Assembly: GCA_963422735.1 (NCBI GenBank)
Contig: OY730476.1
Location: forward strand, 4,864,001 to 4,928,000
DNA length: 64,000 nt
Reading direction: 5' to 3'
Origin: Candidatus Latescibacterota bacterium
Lineage (GTDB): Bacteria; Latescibacterota; UBA2968; UBA8231
In this document: positions 39,637-48,877 of the stretch, one piece after another
Layout: every line of letters starts with the position of its first letter
Numbering within the stretch: the first letter of the stretch is position 1
Notes under the pieces: generated by a model
Seen by the model: only the letters and a program-made list of their open reading frames with translations
The model's database searches: none
Told to the model about the DNA's origin: nothing
Made by a program: the position numbers and the translations under genes

Positions 39637-41126
39637 TCGGCGATGGAGTCGAGGCCCTCGGGCTGAGGCAGGACGTAGCGGACGGGCTGGATGGTGCCGT
39701 CGCGGCGGCGCGCTTGTTCAACGCGCTTGCACTTGATGACCGAGTGCTCGATGAGCAGGTCGTCGTCGATTTGGCAGCCGTAGAGGTAGCTGGTGCCCTT
39801 GATGGTCACGCGCTCGCCCACGCGCATGGGGTGCTCGTCGCTGCCGGTCATGAGCACTCCAGACTCGATGCGGCTGTGCGCTCCAACCCGCAGGTTCCCT
39901 TTGATGATATTGCGGCTGAGCACTTCGACTTCGTCGCTAAGAGCGAGGGTTTGCCCTGGGTACGCGCTCAGCTCGACGCCGACGCCAATTTGTACCCCCT
40001 CGCCTAGCACCACGTGGCCGCTTAGATGGCTGCGGTCCCCAATGGTGACTCGACGGTCGAGCTGGATCTCGGGACCGATATAGGTGCCCTTGCCGATGAC
40101 GATGTCCAAGGGGCCGCGCTCGGCGTCCATTTTGAGTATCTGCTCAATGACCTCGTCGGCGATGAAAAAGTCTTCCTCGTCGGCGATGGTGATGGTGTCC
40201 TTGAGTTTGTCGTAGGCCCAGCGGCGGGCTATGGCCTGCATCTGATACCAGACGCTTTTGACGTTGAAGGCGAGGAGCTCCTCTTCGCTGTCGGCCGTGG
40301 CGGCCCGCACCACGAGCTGGTGCTGATTGAAAATTTGCACCAAGTCGGTCAGCAGCAATTCGCCTTGGACATTGTCGGTGTCGAGATGCTGGATGTAGGT
40401 CCGCAGCACCTTTTCTCTGAAGGCGACGACGCCGGTGTTGATCTCGCGCGTTTCCAACAGCTCTTGGCGCGTGAAGGTGTAGGTGCGGCCATTGTAAGCG
40501 GCCTCGTAGGGCGTTGCCGCATCGAGGCTGAGGATGTCCTTGTGCTCCCTGATTTCAATGACCTTGTCGCGGTCTGCGCCCGCTGGTTGTCCCTCGGCGT
40601 CGGTGGCTGGTACGCGCACGATGCGGCCATAGGAGTTGGTCTCGGCCGCGCCACTGTACAGGCCGGTGAGCACCATCATGTCGCAGTCGGCGTTGTCAAA
40701 GCTGGCGCGAAATTGGGCGACGACCTGCCCGGTCAACAAGCCCATGTCCCCTAAAAAGATGTACACGTCGCGGTCGGCAGCCGTCGCGGGGAAGGCTTGA
40801 AGGCCGACGTTCACGGCGTCGCCGGTTCCGGCCGGCCGGCCGAGGACCGGCTTTTCTTGGTACGCGAAAAGGCGTCCCGGTTGGGGGCCGACCGCGCGGG
40901 CGACGTCCGCGCCCTTGATGCCCACGACGATGACCTGATTGGGGCTGGCGAGTCCCTCTTGCACGGCGCGGGCCACGCGCACAGCCGTGGGCTGGCCCCA
41001 GATTTCGTGCAGCATCTTGGAGGTCTCCGAGCGGATGCGTTTGCCGTGGCCGGCGGCTAAAACGATGCCAATGCGGTGGATGTCGTCTAGGATTGGTGAA
41101 TTGATCTCCGCGAGTAAGTCGTGCAT
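39633..41126 (-). CDS. glmU: GlmU-like sugar-1-phosphate nucleotidyltransferase with left-handed beta-helix
   Basis: LAAGHGKRI.SETSKMLH, GTGDAV, YGRIVR, EINTG, DNVQGELLLTD; divergent C-terminus. Confidence 0.75.
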   Translation of the reverse strand: MHDLLAEINSPILDDIHRIGIVLAAGHGKRIRSETSKMLHEIWGQPTAVRVARAVQEGLASPNQVIVVGIKGADVARAVGPQPGRLFAYQEKPVLGRPAGTGDAVNVGLQAFPATAADRDVYIFLGDMGLLTGQVVAQFRASFDNADCDMMVLTGLYSGAAETNSYGRIVRVPATDAEGQPAGADRDKVIEIREHKDILSLDAATPYEAAYNGRTYTFTRQELLETREINTGVVAFREKVLRTYIQHLDTDNVQGELLLTDLVQIFNQHQLVVRAATADSEEELLAFNVKSVWYQMQAIARRWAYDKLKDTITIADEEDFFIADEVIEQILKMDAERGPLDIVIGKGTYIGPEIQLDRRVTIGDRSHLSGHVVLGEGVQIGVGVELSAYPGQTLALSDEVEVLSRNIIKGNLRVGAHSRIESGVLMTGSDEHPMRVGERVTIKGTSYLYGCQIDDDLLIEHSVIKCKRVEQARRRDGTIQPVRYVLPQPEGLDSIAD

Positions 41127-41180
41127 CGAGTCTCTTTCCTCATAGCGTTCTGGTTACAACTTCTCGTATGCTCAGGCACT

Positions 41181-43307
41181 TTAACGCAACGGTCGTGCCT
41201 CGGGTTCCTTCCCGCTAGCGCTCTTTAGGACGTCGATGTCCTCGCCGAGGGCCGTACGCATGAGTAGCTCCTGCATGCTGTGGCCCGGGGTGGCGCACTC
41301 GGGTTGGCGGCGGACGTACGTGCCGTCTGGGCTCATCTGCCGAGATTTGGCGCGATCGGCGAGCGCGAGCGCGAGCAACTCGCGATAGATGCGCTGCTTC
41401 AGACTTTGGTCCAAGATGGGGAAGACGACTTCGACCCGGCCGCGCAGGTTGCGATTCATCCAGTCCGCGCTGCCGAGCCAGACTTCCTCGTCGCCGCCGT
41501 TGGCAAAGTAAAAGACCCGGCTGTGCTCTAAGAAGCGGCCAATGATGCTGTACACGCGGATGTTCTCGCTGATGCCGTTGAGGCCAGCGCGCAAACAGCA
41601 GATGCCGCGCACGATCAGATCGATCTCGACGCCGGCCTGCGAGGCCGCGTACAGGGCCTTGATGATCGCCGGATCCATCAGGCCGTTCATCTTGGCGATG
41701 ATGGCGGCCGGCCGGCCGGCGCGGGCGTGTTGGCTTTCGCGCTCAATGCGGTCGATCATGCCCTGCATCAGCCCAGAGGGGGCGACTAGCAGTTGCTCGA
41801 ATTGGCTGGTTCGGTTGTGGGCTGTGAGCAGGTTGAAGACCTCGGCCACCTCTGCGGCGATCGTCGGCTCGGCGGTAATCAGCCCTAGATCTGTGTAGAG
41901 CCGTGCGGTGGTGTGGTTGTAATTGCCGGTACCCAAGTGGGCGTAGCGGCGTAGGCGGTCTTGATCGCGGCGCACTAGCATGGAGAGCTTGCAATGGGTC
42001 TTTAGGCCCATGATGCCATAGACCACGTGGATGCCGCTGTCTTCGAGGCGCTTGGCCCACTCGATATTGGCCGCTTCGTCGCCGCGGGCCTTTAGCTCGA
42101 CGAGCACGGTTACTTCTTTGCGACGCGCGGCCGCGTCGATGAGTGCCTGTCCCACCTCTGAATCGTCGCCGGTGCGGTAGATGGTCTGTTTGATGGCCAG
42201 CACTTTGGGGTCGTTAGCCGCCATGCGGATGAAGTCGGTAACTGTGGAAAACGACTCGTAGGGGTGGTGCAGGAGGATATCGCCGGCGCGGATGGACGCG
42301 AAGAAGGCCTCCGGGTCTTTGGGTAGGTCGCGCTCGACCGGCGCGAAGGGGGCGTCTTTGAGTGTGGGTCGCGGGACTAGATCGTACAGGGCCATGACGC
42401 GGTGGAGATTGACCGGTCCAGCCGCCCTAAACACGAGGCTGTCGTCGAGGTCGAACTCCTGTTGCAAAAGCGATACTAACCGGTCGGGCGCACCAGCGGC
42501 GATTTCCAGCCGCACGGCGTCGGCTTGACGCTGCTTGGTGACCTGCTCGGCAATTTCTTCGAGCAGGTTGTCGGCGTCCTCCTCATTGACGTATAGCTCG
42601 CTGTTGCGGGTGATGCGGAACGGGGCCGAGCCGAAGACTTCATAGCCGCGGAACAGTTCTCTGACTTGCAGTTCCATGATCCCGGCTAAGGTCACGAAGT
42701 GGCGGTCGTGGCCTTGGCCGGGCAGGCGCAGGATGCGCGGCAACACGCGCGGCACGGTCGCCACGCCCATCATTGATTGGCCCTGTCCTTCGAGCAGGGC
42801 CCCGATGCACAGGGCCTTGTTGAGTACGCGAGGGAAGGGATGGGCCGGATCGACGACGATGGGCGTGAGGATCGGTTCGAGCTCTTCTTCCCAGTATTGA
42901 TGCACGAAGTCGAGGTGCGCGCCTTTGATCTGGTGCGCCTCCCACAGGTAGATTCCCTCGGCGGCTAGGGCCGGAATGAGGTCTTCGTTCCAGCAGCGAT
43001 ACTGTTCGGCGACCTGCTCGTGGGCTTGCTGGGCGATGCGCTCGAGCTGTTCGGCCGGGGTCAGGCCGTCGGGGCGACTGGGGTTGGTGCCCGACTCGTG
43101 CAATTGCAGCAAGCCGGCTACTCGGATTTCGTAAAACTCGTCGAGATTGCTGGCGACGATGGCCATGAATTTGACGCGCTCTAACAGAGGATTGCGCGGG
43201 TCTTGGGCTTCTTCGAGCACGCGGGCGTTGAAGTCGAGCCAAGAGAGTTCGCGGTTGATGTAGATCTCGGGGCGCTCGCACGTGGGCGGCGGGGCAGTTT
43301 CGTTCAT
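41181..43307 (-). CDS. ppk1: Polyphosphate kinase 1
   Basis: INRELSWLDFNARVL, SNLDEF, HHPYESF, KTHCK, GTGNYN, RFLEHSR, SADWMNRNL. Confidence 0.97.
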   Translation of the reverse strand: MNETAPPPTCERPEIYINRELSWLDFNARVLEEAQDPRNPLLERVKFMAIVASNLDEFYEIRVAGLLQLHESGTNPSRPDGLTPAEQLERIAQQAHEQVAEQYRCWNEDLIPALAAEGIYLWEAHQIKGAHLDFVHQYWEEELEPILTPIVVDPAHPFPRVLNKALCIGALLEGQGQSMMGVATVPRVLPRILRLPGQGHDRHFVTLAGIMELQVRELFRGYEVFGSAPFRITRNSELYVNEEDADNLLEEIAEQVTKQRQADAVRLEIAAGAPDRLVSLLQQEFDLDDSLVFRAAGPVNLHRVMALYDLVPRPTLKDAPFAPVERDLPKDPEAFFASIRAGDILLHHPYESFSTVTDFIRMAANDPKVLAIKQTIYRTGDDSEVGQALIDAAARRKEVTVLVELKARGDEAANIEWAKRLEDSGIHVVYGIMGLKTHCKLSMLVRRDQDRLRRYAHLGTGNYNHTTARLYTDLGLITAEPTIAAEVAEVFNLLTAHNRTSQFEQLLVAPSGLMQGMIDRIERESQHARAGRPAAIIAKMNGLMDPAIIKALYAASQAGVEIDLIVRGICCLRAGLNGISENIRVYSIIGRFLEHSRVFYFANGGDEEVWLGSADWMNRNLRGRVEVVFPILDQSLKQRIYRELLALALADRAKSRQMSPDGTYVRRQPECATPGHSMQELLMRTALGEDIDVLKSASGKEPEARPLR

Positions 43308-43308
43308 G

Positions 43309-44112
43309 TCAGTCGAGTTGGGAGATGGTTTCTCGCACAAACTGCACCGACTTTGTCAGCGCGTCTTTGGGGTCTCCTGCAAGCCCGCACTCGTAGGCCA
43401 GATACCCGTGAAAGCCGATGTCTTTGAGGGCCTGTAAGCCGGCGCGCCAATCGATGTCGCCGGTGCCCGGCTGCAGGCGCGTGTTGTCTGCCATGTGGAC
43501 GTGGGCGACGTGGCGGCCTGCTTGGCGGAAGGCGGCCGGGGTGTCGGTCTCTTCGATGTGCATGTGGAAAAAGTCGCTGAGCAGGGCCACGCCTTGGGGG
43601 CTGCCGGCGCGCTCGATGATTTCGACGCCGTCGGCTTGGCGGCGCAAGAGGTGTTGCTCGTAGCGGTTGAGGGGTTCGAGTAGGAGCAGGGTGCCTTGGC
43701 TAGCAGCATAGGCGGCGAGGTCTTTGACCAGCTCGACGAGCAGGGCCTTCTCTAGGGAAATGGCGTCTTGGAGAGGCGAAAGGTCGGGAATGCGCGGCGG
43801 CCCAAAGATGGGGGGGACGATCTGGCCGACGGCTTGGAAGTGCCCGCAGGCTGCTAGTTGGCGGCGGGTTTCGGCGAGGCTGTTGGAGCGCTTGCGCGGG
43901 TCTGGGTCGAGCCAGTCAAAGGTCTGTTGGCCGCAGACAGAAGCGATCTTGATGGAGCGGCCGGCGAGGGCCTTTTCGTACTGTTCGATGTGGTCGTACA
44001 GGCGTGCGCTGCCGCTGACCTCTAGACCTTCGATGGCGAGCGATTCGGCGAAGTCGAGCTTTTCTGCGAGGCTTTCGCCGGGCAGCAGCCCTTCCTGTAA
44101 GGCAATTTTCAT
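43309..44112 (-). CDS. Sugar phosphate isomerase/epimerase (xylose-isomerase-like TIM barrel)
   Basis: EPLNRYE, DFFHMHIEE, HVHMADN, PGTG. Confidence 0.9.
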   Translation of the reverse strand: MKIALQEGLLPGESLAEKLDFAESLAIEGLEVSGSARLYDHIEQYEKALAGRSIKIASVCGQQTFDWLDPDPRKRSNSLAETRRQLAACGHFQAVGQIVPPIFGPPRIPDLSPLQDAISLEKALLVELVKDLAAYAASQGTLLLLEPLNRYEQHLLRRQADGVEIIERAGSPQGVALLSDFFHMHIEETDTPAAFRQAGRHVAHVHMADNTRLQPGTGDIDWRAGLQALKDIGFHGYLAYECGLAGDPKDALTKSVQFVRETISQLD

Positions 44113-44139
44113 GGCGTCCTTCCTTCCGGCGGTCCAGCG

Positions 44140-45162
44140 TTAAAACTGGACGCCGAGCTTGATATTTGTTTCGGGTTGGGTGGCGATCTGGGGGTACGCC
44201 TCAAGCAGACCGTCAAAGGATACGATGGGCTGCACGATGGGCAGGCAATCGACTTGGCCGGCAGCGAGCATGCGCCAGCAGACGTCGTAGATGCGGGCGT
44301 TGTCCCAATTGGGGTGGTCGGGGTTTGGCTCGCTATTGGCGCGCGAGAACGCGATGTGCGGCCGATTCATATGGGCTTCGGCGCCCAAGTCGAGGCCCGT
44401 CGTCCACGCCGCGGGATACGCGCCGGCCACGATGGTGCCCCGGTAGGCGACTCCGCGCAGAGCTTGCTGCATGGCTGCGGGATGCCCGCTGTAATCAATG
44501 ATCACGTCTGCGCCGCGGCTGGCCGTGGCCTTCTTTATCTCCACGCCAGCATCGCATTGGGTGGGGTCGAGGACGAGGTCGGCTCCGCAGGCACTGGCCA
44601 CTTCGCGCCGGTTGGCCAGTGGGTCGAGGGCGATGATGGGATGGGCACCGGCCAACCGGCAGAATTGCACGGCGATCAGGCCGATGGCTCCGAGGCCCGA
44701 GACGGCTACGGCATCGCCGATGCGAACGTGCCCGTCGCGCACTGCGCCGAGAGCAAAATCCGCCGGGTCGAGGCAGACAGCCGCTTGCCAAGGTACGTCT
44801 GCGGGCAAGCGACGCGCGGTTTCGGGCCAGACGTGTTCCTCGCGGAATGGCCCGTAGTCGAAGATGCGGTCGCCTTCTTTGAGCTGCGTGACGCCCGGAC
44901 CCAGCTCTACTACTTCGCCGACGCCCATGTTGCCCAGCGGCACCGGGTATTGGATGCCCTCGCCCCGATAGTCGAAGACGCGCTGCTCGGAGTCGAAGCG
45001 GCCGCGCGGGCCGGCGTACCCCTTAAACAGCGACATTTCAGTGCCGTGCTTGGCGGCCGCGTACAGGCTTTTGACGCGGACTTGGCCTCTGGCCAGTGGT
45101 GGAGATGCGTATTCCTGAAAGGACACTTGCTCAGCGGCTGGGGCGATGAGTGCTCGGGGCAT
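44140..45162 (-). CDS. MDR-family (zinc-binding-type) alcohol dehydrogenase
   Basis: HGTE, LGNMGVGEV, GLGAIG. Confidence 0.88.
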   Translation of the reverse strand: MPRALIAPAAEQVSFQEYASPPLARGQVRVKSLYAAAKHGTEMSLFKGYAGPRGRFDSEQRVFDYRGEGIQYPVPLGNMGVGEVVELGPGVTQLKEGDRIFDYGPFREEHVWPETARRLPADVPWQAAVCLDPADFALGAVRDGHVRIGDAVAVSGLGAIGLIAVQFCRLAGAHPIIALDPLANRREVASACGADLVLDPTQCDAGVEIKKATASRGADVIIDYSGHPAAMQQALRGVAYRGTIVAGAYPAAWTTGLDLGAEAHMNRPHIAFSRANSEPNPDHPNWDNARIYDVCWRMLAAGQVDCLPIVQPIVSFDGLLEAYPQIATQPETNIKLGVQF

Positions 45163-45241
45163 GGGGCGACTTGCTTGACGTTGGGCGCGTTTTTGGGGTT
45201 TATTGCAGGCCAAAATATACACTTCAAAGTGAGGATATGCC

Positions 45242-46204
45242 ATGCCAGAACGCGTACAGATCGTAGTGCCCGGCGACAATCCAACTCAGATCGCTGGTTC
45301 GCCGCATTTGCAGCGGCTCGCTCCCTACGGGGATGTTTCTCTCTTCGAGGATACGCCGCAAAGTGCCGACGAGAAGATTGCGCGTACCGAGGGTGCGCAA
45401 ATCATTATCAACACGCGCGGGGTCGTCACGTGGCGCGAGGAAATGCGTCGCTTGCCCGCGCTCAAAATGATTGCCACCTGCTCCATCGGCACGGACATGA
45501 TCGACTTGGAGCTTGCCAAGGAACTCGGGGTCGTGGTGTCGAACCAGCCCGGCCGCACCGCGCCCGTGGTGGCCGAGCACATGTTCGGGCTGATGTTCGC
45601 CCTGTCCAAACGCGCCTATTTCCAGACCGCCGAGCTGAAGGCTGGCCGCTGGACGCGCAAGATGAACACCATGCTGCAGGGCAAGGTGTTAGGCGTGGTC
45701 GGCACGGGTCCGATTGGCGCGGAGATGGCGCGATTGGGGCGGGCCCTCGGCATGGAGGTCATCGCGTGGACCTTCCATCCGTCGCCTGAGCGCGCGGCCG
45801 AATATGGGGTGCGCTTCGTCGAGCTCGACGAGCTGTTGCAGGCAGCGGATGTGGTCAGCCTGCACGTGCGGTTGACCGAGGATACTCGGCACTTGCTCGG
45901 GACGCGCGAATTTGGCCTGATGAAGGAAGGGGCGCTGTTGTTGAACGGTGCACGCGGCGATGTGCTGGACATCAACGCTTTGCGCGCTGCCTTGTTGGCC
46001 GGGCATTTGGGCGGGGCCGGGCTGGACGTGTTTCCCCAAGAGCCGCTGCCGAGCGACGATCCCATCCTCGATTGCGATCAGGTGGTGCTGACGCCGCATG
46101 CGGCGGATCAGACGCCCGAAGGGGTGAATTTGCTGAACGAGGGTGCGGTGGATAATGTGATTGCGTTTTTGGAGGGGCGGCCGCGGAACAACGTGGCGGA
46201 CTAG
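45242..46204 (+). CDS. D-2-hydroxyacid dehydrogenase (SerA-like)
   Basis: GVVGTGPIG, VSLHV, NGARG, LDVF..EPL, TPH. Confidence 0.92.
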   Translation: MPERVQIVVPGDNPTQIAGSPHLQRLAPYGDVSLFEDTPQSADEKIARTEGAQIIINTRGVVTWREEMRRLPALKMIATCSIGTDMIDLELAKELGVVVSNQPGRTAPVVAEHMFGLMFALSKRAYFQTAELKAGRWTRKMNTMLQGKVLGVVGTGPIGAEMARLGRALGMEVIAWTFHPSPERAAEYGVRFVELDELLQAADVVSLHVRLTEDTRHLLGTREFGLMKEGALLLNGARGDVLDINALRAALLAGHLGGAGLDVFPQEPLPSDDPILDCDQVVLTPHAADQTPEGVNLLNEGAVDNVIAFLEGRPRNNVAD

Positions 46205-46218
46205 TGCGAGGAGAGATT

Positions 46219-46929
46219 ATGGACGACGAGAAACAGCTAGAAAAAGAAAAAAAGGAATTTGCCGCGGCCATGGGGCACGATCCGTCCTTGACAACGGTGG
46301 ATGATAAGGGGCGAACTGACCTGCACCATGCAGCAACATTGAACCTGCCCGCTCTGACTACATCCCTGCTGAAAAGCGGTATGGATGTCCACGCCAAGGA
46401 CGAGGAAAAGATGACGCCGCTGCATATTGCGTCGATGCGGAATGCGGTTGCGGTTCCGAGGATTTTGCTGCACAGCGGGGCCGATGTCAACGCCAAGGAC
46501 AAGGACGGCCTGACGCCGCTGCATATTGCGTCGATGCGGAATGCGATTGCGGGTGCGGAGTTTTTGCTCGACAAAGGGGCCTATATCAACGCGAAGAACT
46601 ACTACAACGGCCTGACGCCGCTGCACATTGCGACGATGCGGAATGCGATTGCGGGTGCGAAGTTTTTGCTGCAGCACGGCGCAGATGTCGATGCGAAGAA
46701 CTACCACGACGGCCTGACGCCGCTGCATATTGCGACGATGCGGAATATTTTTTACGTCGCCGAGCTTTTGCTGCAGCACGGGGCCGATGTCAACGCCAAG
46801 ACCCGCGACGGCTGGACGCCGTTGTTTCTTGCCGTACACAAAAAAAATATGGTCAGTTCGTTGCTCCGTTTCCTTGGGCTGGAGACGAGGATGGTGCGTT
46901 TGTTGCGCCAGCATGGGGGCGAGGAATAA
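46219..46929 (+). CDS. Ankyrin repeat protein
   Basis: About six G.TPLHIA...GADVNAK repeats; GAGGAG RBS. Confidence 0.93.
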   Translation: MDDEKQLEKEKKEFAAAMGHDPSLTTVDDKGRTDLHHAATLNLPALTTSLLKSGMDVHAKDEEKMTPLHIASMRNAVAVPRILLHSGADVNAKDKDGLTPLHIASMRNAIAGAEFLLDKGAYINAKNYYNGLTPLHIATMRNAIAGAKFLLQHGADVDAKNYHDGLTPLHIATMRNIFYVAELLLQHGADVNAKTRDGWTPLFLAVHKKNMVSSLLRFLGLETRMVRLLRQHGGEE

Positions 46930-46945
46930 AACAGTTGGAGGACTT

Positions 46946-48736
46946 ATGAGTGAGGGACAACACCTCTTGGCGCTGCCGCAGGGGACGCGCATCCGGGACT
47001 TTGAGTTTCACCGCGTCCTCGGCCACGGCGGGTTTGGGCTTACCTATTTGGGGTGGAATGTCGCGCTGGATATTCCGGTGGCGATCAAGGAGTATCTGCC
47101 GGCGGACTTGGCTACCCGCAGAAGCGATCTGTCGGTGGTGCCGCAGTCGTCGCCGTCGTCATCGGATTTCCAATGGGGCTTGGAACGCTTCTTGGACGAA
47201 GCGCGCACGCTGGCGCGTTTCCAACATCCCCACATCGTCCGGGTCCATCACTTCTTTGAGGCGCATAGCACGGCGTATATCGCAATGGACTATGTGGAGG
47301 GGGAGGACTTGTCGGCGTATCTGGCGCGCAAAGGGACGCTGAGCGAAGCCGAACTCAAGGGCATTCTGTATCCGTTGCTGAGTGCCTTAGCAGTGATCCA
47401 TCGGGCTGATTTTCTGCATCGGGACATCAAGCCGGGCAATATCGTCCTTCGAGACGCAGACGGTTCGCCGGTGTTGCTGGACTTTGGTTCGGCGCGTCAG
47501 GCAGTCGGGGCTAAGAGCCGTTCGGTTACGTCGATAGTAACGCCGGGGTATGCGCCGATCGAGCAGTATTCGAGTCGGGGGCGTCAAGGGGCTTGGACAG
47601 ACATTTATGCGTTGGGTGGGGTGTGTTATCGGGCGTTGACCGGGGATGTGCCCGACGATGCGACGGATAGGGTGCGGGAGGATCCGCTCGTTCCGGTATC
47701 TCGGCGGTGTGGGGGTCGGGTGAGTGGTTCGTTTTTGTCGGCGATTGATGCGGCGTTGTCGGTGGATGAGGGGGATCGTCCGCAGGGTGTTGAGGCTTGG
47801 CGGGAGGCGATGGAGTCGGATGGGGCGGCAGGGGAGGAACTGGCGGATGCTTCGGCGGAAACAGAGAAGGATGCTTCGGATGATGCGACACTCGTGGGGC
47901 GTAGTGATCAGGACGCGCCGCCACTGGATCGGCCGCAGAAGAAGACCCAACTCAAGCGGTTTGCCGTAGCCTTGGGGGTGGTTGCTTTCTTGGTTGGGGG
48001 CAAAATGTATGTTGATCATGCCGAGCAGGTGGCGTTGGATCGTCAGCGTGAGGAACAGGCGGCGTTAGAGCGTCAGCGTGAGGAACAGGCGGCATTGGAT
48101 CGTCAGCGTGAGGAGCAGGCATTTGTCGCAGAGGTGGGGCGCACACCACATCCTAAGGGGATGAACAAGGGTAAGACTGACCTGCACATTGCAGCGGAAT
48201 TGAACCTGCCCGTGCTGACTAGATCCCTGCTGGTACAGGGGGCGGATGTCCACGCCAAAGACAACGTTGGCTTGACGCCGCTGCACTGGGCGGCGATGAT
48301 GGATGCGTCTTTGACGGCGGAGTTGTTGCTGGCACAGGGGGCGGATATCCACGCCAAAGACAACGATGGCCGGACGCCGCTGCACTATGCGGCGGATGCT
48401 TTTTCGACGGCGGAGTTGTTGCTGGCACAGGGGGCGGATGTCCACGCCAAAGACAACGATGGCCGGACGCCGCTGCACTATGCGGCGATGATGGATGCGT
48501 CTTTGACGGCGGAGTTGTTGCTGGCTGAGGGGGCGGATATCCACGCCAAAACCAACGTTGGCAGTACGCCGCTGCACTGGGCGGCGATGATGGATGCGTC
48601 TTTGACGGCGGAGTTGTTGCTGGCACAGGGGGCGGATGTCCACGCCAAAACCAACGTTGGCAGTACGCCGCTGCACTATGCGGCGGATGCTTTTTCGACG
48701 GCGGCGGTGTTGCGTCGTTATGGTGCCCGAAGGTGA
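46946..48736 (+). CDS. Receptor-type Ser/Thr kinase: kinase-TM-coiled coil-ankyrin repeats
   Basis: LGHGGFG, VAIKE, HRDIKPGN, DFG, YAPIE; TM FAVALGVVAFLVGG; about six ankyrin repeats; GGAGG RBS. Confidence 0.93.
   Translation: MSEGQHLLALPQGTRIRDFEFHRVLGHGGFGLTYLGWNVALDIPVAIKEYLPADLATRRSDLSVVPQSSPSSSDFQWGLERFLDEARTLARFQHPHIVRVHHFFEAHSTAYIAMDYVEGEDLSAYLARKGTLSEAELKGILYPLLSALAVIHRADFLHRDIKPGNIVLRDADGSPVLLDFGSARQAVGAKSRSVTSIVTPGYAPIEQYSSRGRQGAWTDIYALGGVCYRALTGDVPDDATDRVREDPLVPVSRRCGGRVSGSFLSAIDAALSVDEGDRPQGVEAWREAMESDGAAGEELADASAETEKDASDDATLVGRSDQDAPPLDRPQKKTQLKRFAVALGVVAFLVGGKMYVDHAEQVALDRQREEQAALERQREEQAALDRQREEQAFVAEVGRTPHPKGMNKGKTDLHIAAELNLPVLTRSLLVQGADVHAKDNVGLTPLHWAAMMDASLTAELLLAQGADIHAKDNDGRTPLHYAADAFSTAELLLAQGADVHAKDNDGRTPLHYAAMMDASLTAELLLAEGADIHAKTNVGSTPLHWAAMMDASLTAELLLAQGADVHAKTNVGSTPLHYAADAFSTAAVLRRYGARR
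48031..48120 (+). repeat. 3 x 30-bp intragenic repeat (AL[D/E]RQREEQA)
   Basis: Read directly in DNA and protein. Confidence 0.9.
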
Positions 48737-48751
48737 ACAATTGGAGATGCT

Positions 48752-48829
48752 GTGAGCGAAGAGCAATATCCTCTTCACGCCTTGCCCCAAGGAAGACGGC
48801 CGCGGTGGGTATGGGGGTCTTGGTTTTGA
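48752..48829 (+). pseudogene. Relic 5' end of a second kinase paralog
   Basis: VSEEQYPLHALPQG resembles MSEGQHLLALPQG; upstream aacaattggag resembles aacagttggag at 46930. Confidence 0.6.
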
Positions 48830-48877
48830 TCGGCCTTCTTAGCTGTTGACGCCAGCCTGAACGTACACGGAGAGGTT

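Noticed and set aside
44176-45789. 537-aa plus-strand ORF
   Set aside because: Shadow ORF overlapping two well-supported dehydrogenase genes, with no motifs
48239-48720. Diversity-generating retroelement template/variable repeats
   Set aside because: No reverse transcriptase, and differences are block swaps rather than adenine-specific changes
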